From: Macrostomum hystrix
Taxonomy: Eukaryota > Animalia > Platyhelminthes
Assembly: GCA_950097015.1 (NCBI GenBank)
Contig: CATNEN010000039.1
Location: forward strand, 12,586,001-12,650,000
Direction of reading: 5' to 3'
Length of the DNA stretch: 64,000 nt
Shown: positions 46,775 through 59,470 of the stretch, in pieces
Numbering within the stretch: the first letter of the stretch is position 1
Layout of the letters: each line of letters starts with the position of its first letter
The notes under the pieces: generated by a model
The model's database searches: none
What the model was told of the DNA's origin: nothing
The model's input: only the letters and a program-made list of their open reading frames with translations
Made by a program: the position numbers and the translations under genes

Positions 46775-47469
46775 GACTCAGTCAATCCACCGCATGCCAA
46801 ATATCTGAAACTAGGATTCAGGGTGCCGATAGTGTGCGCCAAATTATCCCCAACACAAATAAAGCAAATAAATTACTCAGACAATGTCACTCAAAAATAG
46901 ACACTGTTGTTAGCTTATATTTATACTGTCTTCTTATAGAAAAAAAGAAAAAAATGCACACAGAAATTTTACTAAAAGTCGAGAGTAATTACATAACAAA
47001 CGTGGTTAGATATGAATAGAACTTTGGCACGCAACGTTTCGATTCTTGAGTTTACAGCATTTGAAAACTGGAAGCTTTGTAAATGTCGGTAGAAAAACGT
47101 ATTACTATATATTATGAATAAAAAAATTGGCTAAAAATCTAAAAAACATGCACTCACTACTCACTCCATAACAGTAGTAAACCGCAGCAGTGCAAAAATA
47201 GTCGTTTTAAAAAACTGAAAAATGGATCACAAAAAGTACATAATTGAACACAAAATCACAATTCCACACAACCAATCAGCTAATTAGGCAGCCTTTACTC
47301 GCCATCCAATCAAGGAACTTGCCGCGTTTATTCGCCAACCAATCAGCAAATTAGGCGGCCTTTAATGCCAAACTAATAAGCGAACCAGGTTGCCGACTTC
47401 GTTAACAAAATAAAGACAGTTTTCAGAAGTCCTAAACGAAATAAATTGATTTCCTGGATAAAGGCATTT

Positions 47470-50400
47470 TCAACGGCCAATGCGACTCAAAGCGTTCGCT
47501 AGCCAAACTTTGAAATGTTCTCTCAGACTGACAGCGCCGCTGTCTGATAGGCCGGCATACTTAGTGTAGAAGGCCAAGCTCTTGATAGTCTGCTTGGATG
47601 GCCTATGCTTCGCCTTGCGCTGCAGACTGAAAAATTGAAAATTTTAATAATTTGGTTGACAGACAGAAGAGATTGAAAGTGACGGACAGGGGTGAATGAG
47701 AGTGACGGAAAGGGGTGAATGAGAGTGACGGACAGGGGTGAATGAGAGTGACGGACAGGGGTGAATGAGAGTGACGGACAGGGGAGAAGGAGAGTGACGG
47801 ACAGGGGAGAAGGAGAGTGACGGACAGGTGAGAAGGAGAGCGATGGAGAGGGAGGAGAGTGACGGACAGGGGAGAAGGAGAGTGACGGACAGGGGAGAAG
47901 GAGAGTGACGGACAGGGGAGAAGGAGAGTGACGGACAGGGGGAGAAGGAGAGTGAGGAAGGAAGAAAGGCATGGCTAACCAGGCGGCGCAGAGCTGGTGA
48001 AATTCTGTGCTCAGGGTCTGAGCGGTCTCGGCTGGCATAGGAGGCACTCTGGCCTGGCGGATGTCAGTGAGCATCTGACCCAGAGAGACGCCACGGCAGC
48101 TGAACGGACGAAGGCCGCAGGCTAGCTCGTACATGGACACGCCGAGGCTCCAGACGTCGGCCAGATGGCCGTAGCGCTTGGAGTCAATTCGCTCAGGCGA
48201 CATGTACTCATAGCTGCCGCAGAAGGTGCTAGCCAAAGCCGTGGATAACTTGGAGCTGCCAGTCTCACCGTCACAGCGCATTGCGACGGCCTCCTTGGCA
48301 AGGCCCAGGTCGCAGATTTTCACCCGGCCACGCCGGCAGGCAAGAATGTTAGCCAGTTTAACGTCTCGGTGCACAATGCGGCGATCCCACAGGTAGCAGA
48401 GGCCGCTCACTGCGCACTGGAACACGTAGCCTGAGTGAGCGGGTTGGGGCGTCAAGTTTTTGGTAGCTGAGGGGTTTCGGATGGGGCCTTAAGGATTGAG
48501 GGATGGGCACTAGAGGACTGGGGATAAGATCTGAAGGAGTGGGAATGGAAACTGAAGGACTGGGGATGGGAACTGAAGGACTGGGGATGGGAACTGAAGG
48601 ACTGGGGATGGGAACTGAAGGACTGGGAATGGAAACTGAAGGACTGGGTATGGGAACTGAAGGACTGGGAATGGAAACTGAAGGACTGGGGATGGGGACT
48701 GAAGGTGGCTAGCAAAGCTGATTTTGACGGTACATAAAGTGCTCCATCGGCAGGAACTCACCCAGAACTGGCTCATCGGCTAGGCCGAGCTTGTCCAGAG
48801 AGCCACCGTCCATGACCTCGGTGCCAATGTACAGTCGGCCGTCTGAATGCTCAAAGAATGAGCACAAGTAGGTGACAATGTTCTCGTGCCGACAGTCAGC
48901 TAAGAGTTGCAGCTCTGTCATCAGGCGCTCGATTTCGGCGTCCTCCAACCGACCAGAGCTGCCGCCGAGCGAGCAGAGATCGATCGACTTCAGGGCCACC
49001 TGCCTGCCGGTCAACCTAGGCAGCGGGCAGCAAGAGAGTTTTCACAGTTACACCTGGGAGCCGATCTGAGCTGTGAGCCTGAACCCTCAGGACTGTGAGC
49101 CTGAACCCTCTGGACTGTGAGCCTGAACCCTCTGGACTGTGAGCCTGAACCCTCTGGACTGTGAGCCTGAACCCTCAGGACTGTGAGCCTGAACCCTCTG
49201 GACTGTGAGCCTGAACCCTCTGGACTGTGAGCCTGAACCCTCTGGACTGTGAGCCTGAACCCTCAGGACTGTGAGCCTGAACCCTTTGGATTGTGAGCCG
49301 GAACCCTCAGGACTGTGAGCCTGAACCCTCAGGACTGTGAGCCTGAACCCTCTGGACTGTGAGCCTGAACCCTCAGGACTGTGAGCCGGAACCCTCAGGA
49401 CTGTGAGCCTGAACCCTCAGGACTATGAGCCTGAACCCTCAGGACTGTGAGCCTAAACCCTCAGGACTATGAGCCTGAACCCTCAGGACTGTGAGCCTGA
49501 ACCCTCAGGACTATGAGCCTGAACCCTCAGGACTGTGAGCCTGAACCATCAGGACTGTGAGCCTGAACCCTCAGGACTGTGAGCCTCAACCCTCAGAACT
49601 GTGAGCCTGAACCATCAGGACTGTGAGCCTGAACCCTCAGGACTGTAAGCCTGAACCATGAGCATGGCAAACCAACAGGTATTTTTAAGTGGCAGTAGGC
49701 AGAGGCTGTGCCCACCTGCACATGGCCAGATGCACGGTGCCGAATTGACCAACACCGAGGCAGATTCTCTCCCGTCCGTAGTCGAAATCTTCAAGAGCCC
49801 ACTGCCGCGCGCCAAGAGCTTCGGCGGCCTTGTGATGACTCGATGAGGCGCAATGCAAATCTCCGCCGGCAGTGCCAGGAGAAGAGTTGCGCAACTGTAA
49901 TTGGCAGCAGCAGATGCTATTGCACAGGCTTCTGTAGTCAGCCTCGTCTCTAATGACGCGAATCGATGCGCCTCTGCAGCCTTCGACTGACTCCGGATTG
50001 GATGAAGCTGGCAGGGATCGTCTGGGGGATTTGGAAACAGGAAAGAGCGAATTAGGCCACCCGCCAAATACTGAGGCTATGAGAGCCTAATGACCCGCCA
50101 AATACTGAGGCTATGAGAGCCTAATGACCCGCCAAATACTGAGGCTATGAGAGCCTAATGACGCGCCAAATACAAAGGCTAGGAGAAGCTAATGACCCGC
50201 CAAATACTGAGGCTATGAGAGCCTAATGACCCGCCAAATACTGAGGCTAGGAGAGGTAAATGATCCAAAACGCAGCGGGTGTTAGAGGCTAAATGATGTA
50301 ATTTGTGAAGTCTGCTGACTCGCAGCCGAGTCTCACCCGAGGCAAGGCTGACAGATGTGGCACTCATTGGACTGTGAAACAAGCAGTTCAGCATGTACAG

Positions 50401-51072
50401 AATCGGAACTAGCACTAGACTGTGCGTGGCCCATCCCGGACAGAAGGGTCAGACTGGCTGACAATAGCGAATCGAATGAGAGAGTTCTAGGCGCCAACAG
50501 AGCTAGCTGGTGACTGAGCGGCTCCCGACATAGCCAGATGGTCACGTGATGCTGCAGACAACCCCATCTCTGACTAGTTGGCAATGGCTGATGCTGCTGC
50601 GTGCAGTCAATCTGGTGCAGCTGTACGCAGCTGTGCAATGAATAAAAATTCTTTGCTATATTGCTTCAGATTGTTAAGAATTTTGAATATTCGACTAGAT
50701 ATATGAGACTCAAATAACAACTTTAGGTGTGAAAGTTAAAGCATTTAGATTTATATTATAGTAGACAGTATTTAGACAGTAATGAAATTCTCACCTGTGC
50801 CAATAATAGACTTGTCTGAGATCCTCATCAGTCTTGACTGTCATTAGTCTGCCATTGCTATCCGATAGGCTCAAAATTAGCTCATGTTGCACAGCATTGC
50901 CAATTAGTTTATTCAGCAGGCAAGACAACTGTGAAAGCCCAAAACTATGCGGAACAATGGCAACAATGCATGACGATTGGGAAAATAGCCTGATTACCAA
51001 ATGACCAGCCAAGGTTAGCTCTGGGTCATTGCTTTTAGCTATTTGGCCAAATCCATTCCAAGTCATGCACAT
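47470..51072 (-). CDS. MAP2K5: Dual-specificity MAP kinase kinase, MEK5-like (PB1 plus kinase), divergent
   Basis: Phase-consistent exons 51072-50795, 50630-50337, 50021-49716, 49015-48762, 48430-47980, 47626-47470. PB1-like LVIRL...SDSNGRLMTVKTDEDL; LGVGQFGTV, VALK, TEVMDGGSLD, GLCYLW, HRDVK, YMSPERI, DVWSLGVS.YELA.G..PF. Confidence 0.82.
47675..47960. repeat. 23-bp intronic minisatellite (GAGAGTGACGGACAGGGGAGAAG)
   Basis: About 12 copies. Confidence 0.93.
48500..48708. repeat. 21-bp intronic minisatellite (ACTGAAGGACTGGGGATGGGA)
   Basis: About 9 copies. Confidence 0.93.
49070..49660. repeat. 22-bp intronic minisatellite (CTGTGAGCCTGAACCCTCAGGA)
   Basis: About 27 copies. Confidence 0.95.
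50060..50250. repeat. 34-bp intronic minisatellite (CCCGCCAAATACTGAGGCTATGAGAGCCTAATGA)
   Basis: About 5.5 copies. Confidence 0.9.
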
Positions 51073-52906
51073 AGCCTGAAATAAAAAGGTTTTCTGTATA
51101 TTCTAGATCATGTTGGACACATACTAGTTGGAACACAAACTATCAGCGGTGTAATTTTATATCTTTTAAAGGAAAAAAATTAAGAAACAATGCCTATTCA
51201 AAATCAACACAATGATAAAAATGATCATAAAAAATAAACTAGTAGCTAAAGACTATATTACAATGCTATAACTACTAGGCCTAGCTTTTTATACCACTAG
51301 CTAGCTGAAATGTAATATAAATAAAACAAAATTATATTGCAAATCAGCAAGTAGCAATCTAGAAAATTTACCTTTATAGATTAGCTACACATGTACTGTC
51401 TCTATACAATAATATAGCTTTGTACATTGCATCCATGTAGCTACAGCTACCAGTAAAGCTGAAATATTCTTTTAACTCATTGATCAATTAATAGTCTTAT
51501 TAGAATATGAAAAGTACTTACATGCTTAAACCAAAATGAGATTTAAAAAATGCAGCAACTTTTTTTCAGAATTACTAGCATGACTAATCTCTTTAGCTAT
51601 ACATTATTAGGATTTTTGCTTTAATTTGTAATACTAGACTTATAAAAAAGAAACTATCAATTATGAAAGTAACAAACTACAGTCACTATGTTTTAAAATC
51701 CTTGTGCCTAGGCCTTAATTAGACTGACTACTGACTATGGATGCACAACCAATGTCTGTGGCATGCTTAAGTTGGTTTAGCGATAGGTAAAAGTCTTTTT
51801 GGTGATTTTTTAACCGACTATAATTATAGCAATAGAGGAAAATGAACAAAACTGAATATATACCATAAAAATATATGTACAAGATTATAAACATCTGATC
51901 TGGTCTAAATGATCAATTTTTTCTCTATGTATATGTATCCTTTTCTTTTTTATATTATAAGATGAGTTATTGGCACAAATAGATGATCCATGAGATTTGT
52001 GCATTGTTTGCCTGTTAATTATGATATCAGTAAAACAAACCTACTAAAAAACATGGGATTGGTAATATAAAGCCAGATACATAAACAATAACCAATTTTG
52101 ATCAATTTGAAATGTAACATTTCAAACACACATTATATATCTGTAATAAAATTTATCTCTAGAAAAACTTGTCACAGAAAGGACTATTTATCACCTGAGT
52201 TGCCAAAATGTCGACACCAAAATGTACCTGTTTCCCAACAGATATTCAGACACATATTCAAAAAAGTCGCTCCCGATTTTTAACAAAAACACCCTATCGA
52301 GTTGTCTTTTTCCTATTATAAGTTTACACAATCGATTCGCTTAAAATAACACCAAATTTATTCGGCTTCATGCTGTGGTTCCCAATATACCATCTTCCAA
52401 AGTCTGCTTGGCAACGTCGGAATTTTTATCTATTTAACTGCTTTAACTGCTTCAATTATTAAAGGAAGATTAAACTGCTGATTCCTTTGAAATTTGTGCC
52501 AGATTTTTACGTGAGTCCTAGCGTTTCAAAGACACCTTGCATGTCTCAGAGGATGCTTTTTCCCCAAGTTATTCTCTTCTGAATCATGCTTTCCCATTTG
52601 CAATTTTGTGCTTTTGCTACGGATATTTTTGCCTGGTCATTAATCAGGAGCACAACAAAGTTTTTGCTGCTTTCTAATGCATTACTCTGCTTTAAAACGA
52701 CTGTCCGGGTGATGACCGAAGTATTATACTTCCTGAGATATTCATGCCTCAAGTTTGTTTCATAGTAGTCATTGTAGTGCAGCCCTCTTCAAATGTACAA
52801 TAAATTTAAGTGATCTCCCTGAACTCATTTACTGATGTACCTTCACGAAACTTTAGCCCGACTTTTACGCACTCACAAGCTTTGTAATGGCACCTCAAAA
52901 AAGCAA

Positions 52907-53298
52907 ACTATTTTTGCACCAAAATATGCTAAAAAACAACCTTCCATTTTAACTATACACACTTATAAAGTATTAATTAAATAATGCTATAAGTATTAAT
53001 AACAAGCTGCATCGTTCTGATTAAGTCTGGGTTTTACTTTAAATGAGTTAAATTGTTAAATTATTTAATGAGTAGTCAATAGTTTCAATAGTTATTTGTT
53101 CTTAATTAAATGTATATAATAATCATTTTTCAAGTTTTGGATTGACAAGGCGAGTGCAGGCTTTAAGCAGCTGCTGGATTGTGGAAGGCTGTTTTCTCAG
53201 CATATTTAGGTGCAAAAATAGTTGTCACCGAACTAACCAATTCTGTCACCGAAATGACTGTCACCGAAATGTCTTGTCACCGAAATGACCTGGGACCC
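52907..53298. mobile_element. Remnant of a foldback/MITE-type DNA element; right end intact, left end truncated
   Basis: Inverted pair AACTATTTTTGCACC..AATATGCT..CCTTCCA (52907-52946) and 53182-53223; four TGTCACCGAA subterminal repeats ending ...CTGGGACCC. Confidence 0.55.
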
Positions 53299-54536
53299 TC
53301 CCTATTTGAATAAATGTTGAAAATCTGTGGACGCGTGCTTTAGTAGAGTTAAGAAGGATTAAGAAAGGTGCACTTTAGCCATGCCACTTTCTGACGGTTG
53401 CTTAAGTCTTTTCAAGTAGCAGTTAAGTAGGAAAAGCATATGAGCTGTGCTTTAGAAAAATCCAAAAAGTGTGCCAGATGCTGTCAATGGATTGTCAAAT
53501 TTTCCAATGGAGTGCATGCTATTTTAATTGACCTTAATCTTTACTTACTACTTAGTATTCTAAGAAAAAAGATATGTAAAAATAATTACACGAGAAAATC
53601 TAGAAAACTGATGACTTTTTAACTTCATTTTCTTGGCCCCGAAACCAAAGCTAAACAATCAAAGTGGCCCTCTAAGCATTTTTATCACCTCAAAGTTCTA
53701 AACTAAAAGAGACACCATCTAAAGATGGATAGACGGTTTTCTGAAACATTGACCTATCAGATATAGTTCTTATATGTCCAGAACAATACAAAAGAGATAA
53801 TAGATCATAGCTAAATTCTAAAATAAGACAAATTAGCTAGGCTTATGCATGGCGATGATCCCATAGTCAATAGTTAAAATAGTGTAAATTAACGATGACA
53901 ATTGCAAGAAACGAACTGAAAAAAGTTATCAGATAGACTCTATAAGCCTTAATTCTTAAACAGAACAGCACATACGAAACAGAGAGTGAATGTAAAAACC
54001 TAAATTAAACCGCCAGTTACACTTAAATCTCTAGTTTAACAACTATTATCTTAAAACCTCAATGGAAAAGCTGAAACTGGGTTAAAATCCAAATTCGCGC
54101 TAAATCCCAGGAAATATAGCAGTATAACTTTTAATCACATTGAAGCAACAATGTAATGTATAGATTTTGATCTTACGCCAGCCGTAAAATAAAAAATGTG
54201 TCATTGAACGCTTAACTTGCATTGTAATAATATATTAGCGTGCTATCAGTTAAAAAGTACAGGCGATGATTTATTTTGGCTTTTACCAGTTGCTACAGAA
54301 AAACAGACACTGCCCTCCACTTTTGATTATAATGGACATTTAGATAATATTAAGTACTTCTATTTATTTCGTCGCAGTTTGTTTGACACGAAGGAGCTAT
54401 ATAAGGCAAAAATAGAGCATAAATTGCCTTTGTTTTTATTTGGAAAGGTTTAGTGGTCCTTAACTTGTGCAAATCAAAAGCTCCCCAATGCGAAAGGCTC
54501 TCAGCAATGCAACGATAGGACACCCTGTGTTCCATG

Positions 54537-54710
54537 CAGTGGCGTAGCGAGGGGGGTATCGGTGTATCGGCCGATACCCCCCAAAATTTGATGTCTCAAA
54601 TTTTTTCGCATTCATTTTTTCGAAAGAAATGAATTAATTGTTTTTTATTCTGGATACGCTGGATAGAACCAAAACCGACATCCCCAAGAAAAATCCTGGC
54701 TACGCCCCTG
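54537..54710. mobile_element. hAT-type MITE, 174 bp
   Basis: TIRs CAGTGGCGTAGC / GCTACGCCCCTG; perfect 8-bp TSD GTTCCATG. Confidence 0.9.
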
Positions 54711-55352
54711 GTTCCATGTGGACACTGAAGCGAAAACTAAACAATTAACATAATGTACAAACAAATAATAGCAACATATAACTTCCGTGATGTAAAATTA
54801 TATACGAAAATTATATATTTTTCAAAAACTGCTAATTAATACGAGAACGCTATATGGCTGAGACAATCGGTATTACTGCATGTACTAAGTAAGCCACTTG
54901 ACCACGCTTCGTATCGTAGGAACAAACTACATAATATTTTACGACTCCCATATAAACATTTCAGTTGAGGTCGAGATCGAGGGGCGCGAAAAGTGTAGCA
55001 ATCGATAATTTTTTTTCTAGTCGATTTAAATAGTTTACATACAGTTCGCAGTCATGAGTAGATCAGCTTGTGCTCTGACTCAGTCACGCATGCCCAGCGC
55101 TCAGCTAGAGCTATAGTATTACATATAAATATAACTGGCAGCTCTTTGCAGTCGACTGGCTAAAGCACAATACTGACCTGAGCACTCTCTGAAGCACACC
55201 CTGCTCTCTCGATCTTGATCGCTTTATAAAATCAAGAAACAGTCCCAGTGAATTACCAACTCAGATCTGGCTGGCAAACGCTAGGACACTTATTTTACTG
55301 TATACATGCAATCGAAAGATATCATTGCACACCTCATACGTTCGTAATTCGC

Positions 55353-57568
55353 ATGAGTTCTGATCAGGATCACATAACCAGGCCTGGCGCCGATTACAAC
55401 TTCGGCAAAGAAACAACAGGCGGACAAGAACTCTGCGTAACAATGGCTAGCAATGGACAGCAAGTCGACGCCCAAAAGACTTCCCGACTCCAGTCAGGTG
55501 ACATTGCTTTAAGCTCAGCGGGGAAGCAGAAAAACTTATTTTGCACTGCTGCCGACATCGGCCAGCTGAACGACGGAGTCAACAAGCACGCCGGCAGACC
55601 TGCTAGCCGGTTGCCAACCAGACTGCCTCAGCCAATGACGGTGCAGCAGTCTGCACCAGCGATACCCGCTGCTACTGCACCAGAAGATGCACTGGAAGCC
55701 CGCGATCTCCCGCCACTGTTGCCGCAAGATAAACGGGAAAATGAACCGGAGGAGCAGAAGGTGAATTCCAATGAGTCAGGTAAGAATAACTATTGCACTA
55801 TAGCCCCAACTAGAGTGGCGTACACAGTTCAATTAGTGGAATTCATGATTTAGGATGGAGTCTCCAAAACAGTAGACAATGGAAACCTAATTAACCTACA
55901 AGCTATTAGCAGAACAAAGCAAAAACTGATACTGAATTTTAGAATCTCGCGTGCAGCGACTGCGTCGCCAGCAGGACGAGTCACTGCGCATGCTGGAACA
56001 GTCGGTCATTGCGCAGGAGCAGACGGGCATCTATCTGACACCGTTGCAGCGGAAAGAGGCCGAAACTCGCTGCCTTCGTCGCCTGCTGCAGGAGGCTGTC
56101 TCGTCCTTGGCCGAGTGCGAGTCCGAGCTGGCTGGAGCCGGCAACAAAGCTGCGGATGCTCTCGCAGCCGCCGAGGCCAGGGCTTCAAGGGAGACTACGA
56201 GGCTGTTGCAAGAGCTGGCGCTGGCCAGAGAGGCGGCGGAGCAGGCGACCAGGGCGGAGACGGAGGCCCGCATGCAGGCAGCGCAGTTGCAAGCGGAGGC
56301 GGAGGCCAGGGAGGCCCAACACAGAGAGTACTATTTGCGAATGTATCGGAAGGGCCGTGATTCTGTGCAGTTCGAGCGGCAGGACGAGGTTAGTATAAGG
56401 CAGGCGCTTTTGAGCGATACGTGTAGTGACTTCTTAAAATGAACTGTCTTCGCAGTAAGAGCCTGTGTTTACGGCACTGAACGATTCGAAAAGCAAAGGT
56501 AAGGGGAAGAGGAAAGAGAGACAAACAGCTAGCCAATCAGAGACGAGGGAGAGGAAAGAGAAGTGAGGTTATAGCTGAACAGAAGTTAAGAAGTTGAACA
56601 GATAGAGGGAGAGAGGAGAAAGTGCAATAACAGGGCGTAAACAACGTAAACAGCGTAAACAAAGACAGAGAGAAGGGGGAAGTAATAACACGTTCTCTTG
56701 TGTGTGGGTGGTAGAGTGCAATGCGATCCTGATGCGGCTATTTATATCGAGAGTTCTGCAAGTGGAGTTTTGCTAAAAGAAACTTTCGTTATGAAACCGC
56801 GACCACCTTCCAGCTGGAGAAGCTGGCAGCGCTGGAACCAGACAGGGTCACGGTGGACGAGCTGCTGAAGAAGCTGCAGCTGACTCAACATGACCTGCAG
56901 CGCTGGCAGTCGGTGAAGTTGGCAGAAACATATTACGGCTCCACTGCCGAGGACGACCGGCAGGTCTCGCGAGCCACAGAGTCCGACGCAAAGCTCAGGT
57001 ACGATGAATATATAATAGGGCCGGAAAGTCTTGGCTCCTCATTTCCCCCCTCCAGGGTCCAACAACGGCACCCTCCAAATGCATATAGTGGCACCCTTCA
57101 AATAAATTGTGACACCCTCCAATTCCATTGTGATGCCTTTCAAATCCATAGTGGCACGGCCTCCAAATCCATTTTGTAGCGAAGTGTTCAGCTCCCTTAC
57201 GTACGAGCGTACAGGTCACTTAGCGCCCCCGAGGTCTTCTCAGTGAAGTCATAACCCTCAGATCAAGTACATTGTTGGCAGTCACTCGAAGTGGGACTGA
57301 TTTGCAACATACGAATACCTCGAATGATTGATGCTTACGCGACGATAGCAAGTTTGGTCGAAAGAGTTACGAGTACACGCGCTGTAATTCTCCGACAATA
57401 AATTGCAGATTTCTGCGCGATTCGATGTACCACTACCTGACCCAGAACAACCGCGAGCACGGCATGCAACACCTGGCCGCCATAATTGGCATCTTCAGCT
57501 TCACAGAAGTGCAAATGGTGGCTATCAACAAGTGTCTGGCGGACTGGAGGCGCAGGGGAAAAGTCTGA
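55353..57568 (+). CDS. qtc: Coiled-coil plus C-terminal GRIP-domain protein, quick-to-court-like
   Basis: Exons 55353-55779, 55943-56388, 56814-56998 and 57409-57568 (phases 1, 0, 2). YLRMYRKG....FER.DE...P.RVTVDELL..L..T; GRIP-like LRFLRDSMYHYLT...QHLAAI..IFSFTEVQ. Confidence 0.75.
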
Positions 57569-57654
57569 CCTGCACTAGTTCACAGTTATAACTTAACGCA
57601 TTGATGTGAAAAAACAACGGGAAGTTTGAATAATCAGCTATTTATAATATCAGA

Positions 57655-57945
57655 ATATGCCTGCCCCAATTGGGCCAGATGTGCAGCCGACAGCACAGCT
57701 GCAGCTATCGCGCTGCGCATCTGAAGGCTGCGTACGACTGTTCAGTCCATGGACTATGGGGACGCCACACCCTCACCCACCCTCTATTACCCCAGCTGAC
57801 TGCTGGCACCCATGCATTTAACAGCTGGGTGAACTGAAGCAATGCGGAGTAAAGTGTCTCGCTAATTGCTTCAGTGGAGTCAGGAATCGAACCTCCGACC
57901 TTCAAGTCGTGAGTCCGACGCTGTCTCCACTGAGCTACAGCAGGG
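57655..57945 (-). mobile_element. SINE family A
   Basis: Reverse complement of the 1864/4220 element: TGTAGCTCAGTGG...GGTTCGATTCC. Confidence 0.85.
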
Positions 57946-59053
57946 AGTTGCAGAGAGACAATCTGAAGTGCAACAAGCCATATCTTCAATATTATTTCGT
58001 GTTTACAAGTACTTTATAATATCGTAAAACTAATAAACAGCTGTACGATTTAAAACTAGATGCATGTGCCGTGCCGAGCAATTCCTATAACACAGGAAAT
58101 TGTGTCCAGACCACTTTCTAATAATAATTTGGATAGTTGACTTGCATACTGGCTTGATTACGGAGCTCGATAGGAAATAATCAACTCGAATGCGACGCAG
58201 TTATGGATTTCAGAGAAAAAACACTGAATAAAGTGCGCTAAACAACAATAGTAGTAAAGAAGATTGTATTCTACTGCAGACTAGCATGCAGTCTTGTATT
58301 TGCTGTTTTAGGCTTAATGCACTCCAGATTATCGAGCTGTGATGGGCATTGACTTTGCCGGAGATAACAAGTTTGAAATAACAAAGTAGAGAAGGGTTTA
58401 AACCATTGCTGAATATTGGAAGCTTTTTGTAAAACAAAGCAGACTTATGCGCAGTGATTAGACTGGATTGATAAGTTATCTGTACTGAAATGAAAATCAA
58501 CAAAAACTGACACAAGCGAAACCAAAGAGAAAACATAAACAGCGCCATAAGGCAGCGCAACTGAAAGAAAAAAATATGTAATATTGCACGGGCCATAAAT
58601 TGCAGAGCGAATGAAATGAGCCATGCAGACACCTGTGACGATTGATGGAAGCTGGAAAACTCAAAACTGATCGACCCTAGAAAATGTTGTGACAGCAGCT
58701 GATTATTATTCATAACGGGGGTGAGTGGCAAATTTCGCACCACTGCATAGTAACCCAAACACCACACGCATATTCTCATAAGCTCACATTGATGTTGCTA
58801 TTGTTTAGGTATCATATATGAAATTATATATTTTATTATACTACATTAACAAAACAAGAATCACATAAGCGGTATAAATCGTGGCGGACTAAGTAACTTT
58901 AGGCTAGCGAACAAAGATTAACCAGGGATGCGACAACAGCACAATAAACTGATAGCTGTAGCAGTAGCAGAGTAACAACATTGAGTTTAGATGATAAATA
59001 ACTGATAAAAACAAGGACAATGTTTTCTAGTGCTTAGACTAAGCCGACTTTAG

Positions 59054-59470
59054 TTAAGAGGCGGGCAGCCGGCGGTACACACGAGTGCACACCACATCGC
59101 CAGCCTTGATGGTGCAGACCATCTCGTTGTCGCCCTCGCCGCGCAGTTTCCTCTCGATGGTCGTCTCCGGCTCGCTGGCCTGCTTGTGCAGCAGCTCGCC
59201 AGAGTCAGTCAGCACAACGCTGCTCTGCACCTTCCTGCCATCGATGGTGGTCTCCTCAAACTGCTTATCCAACTGGAAGGTGATCTCGGAGTTCTTGAAG
59301 GTGGAGATGGTCTTCACAGTCCAGCTGCCGTCTGGGCCAGCAACGAACTGCAGGTCAGGCTTGATTGAGTTGCCAACTTTGCGCAGAACAAAACCGACGC
59401 CAATGGCCTTCATGTAGGCGTCGAAATTCTCGGAGGACTCGAGCCGCCAGGTGCCCACAAATTTCTCCAT
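59054..59470 (-). CDS. Fatty acid-binding protein (FABP/lipocalin family), intronless, 138 aa
   Basis: FVGTWRLESSENFDAYMKAIGVG, STFKNSEITF.L...FEETT.DGRKV, CTRVY; ligand residues R..R-x-Y retained. Confidence 0.95.
   Translation of the reverse strand: MEKFVGTWRLESSENFDAYMKAIGVGFVLRKVGNSIKPDLQFVAGPDGSWTVKTISTFKNSEITFQLDKQFEETTIDGRKVQSSVVLTDSGELLHKQASEPETTIERKLRGEGDNEMVCTIKAGDVVCTRVYRRLPAS

Noticed and set aside
51100-54500. Short ORFs in the AT-rich region upstream of MAP2K5
   Set aside because: No motifs or exon-like composition; consistent with intron, promoter or intergenic DNA.
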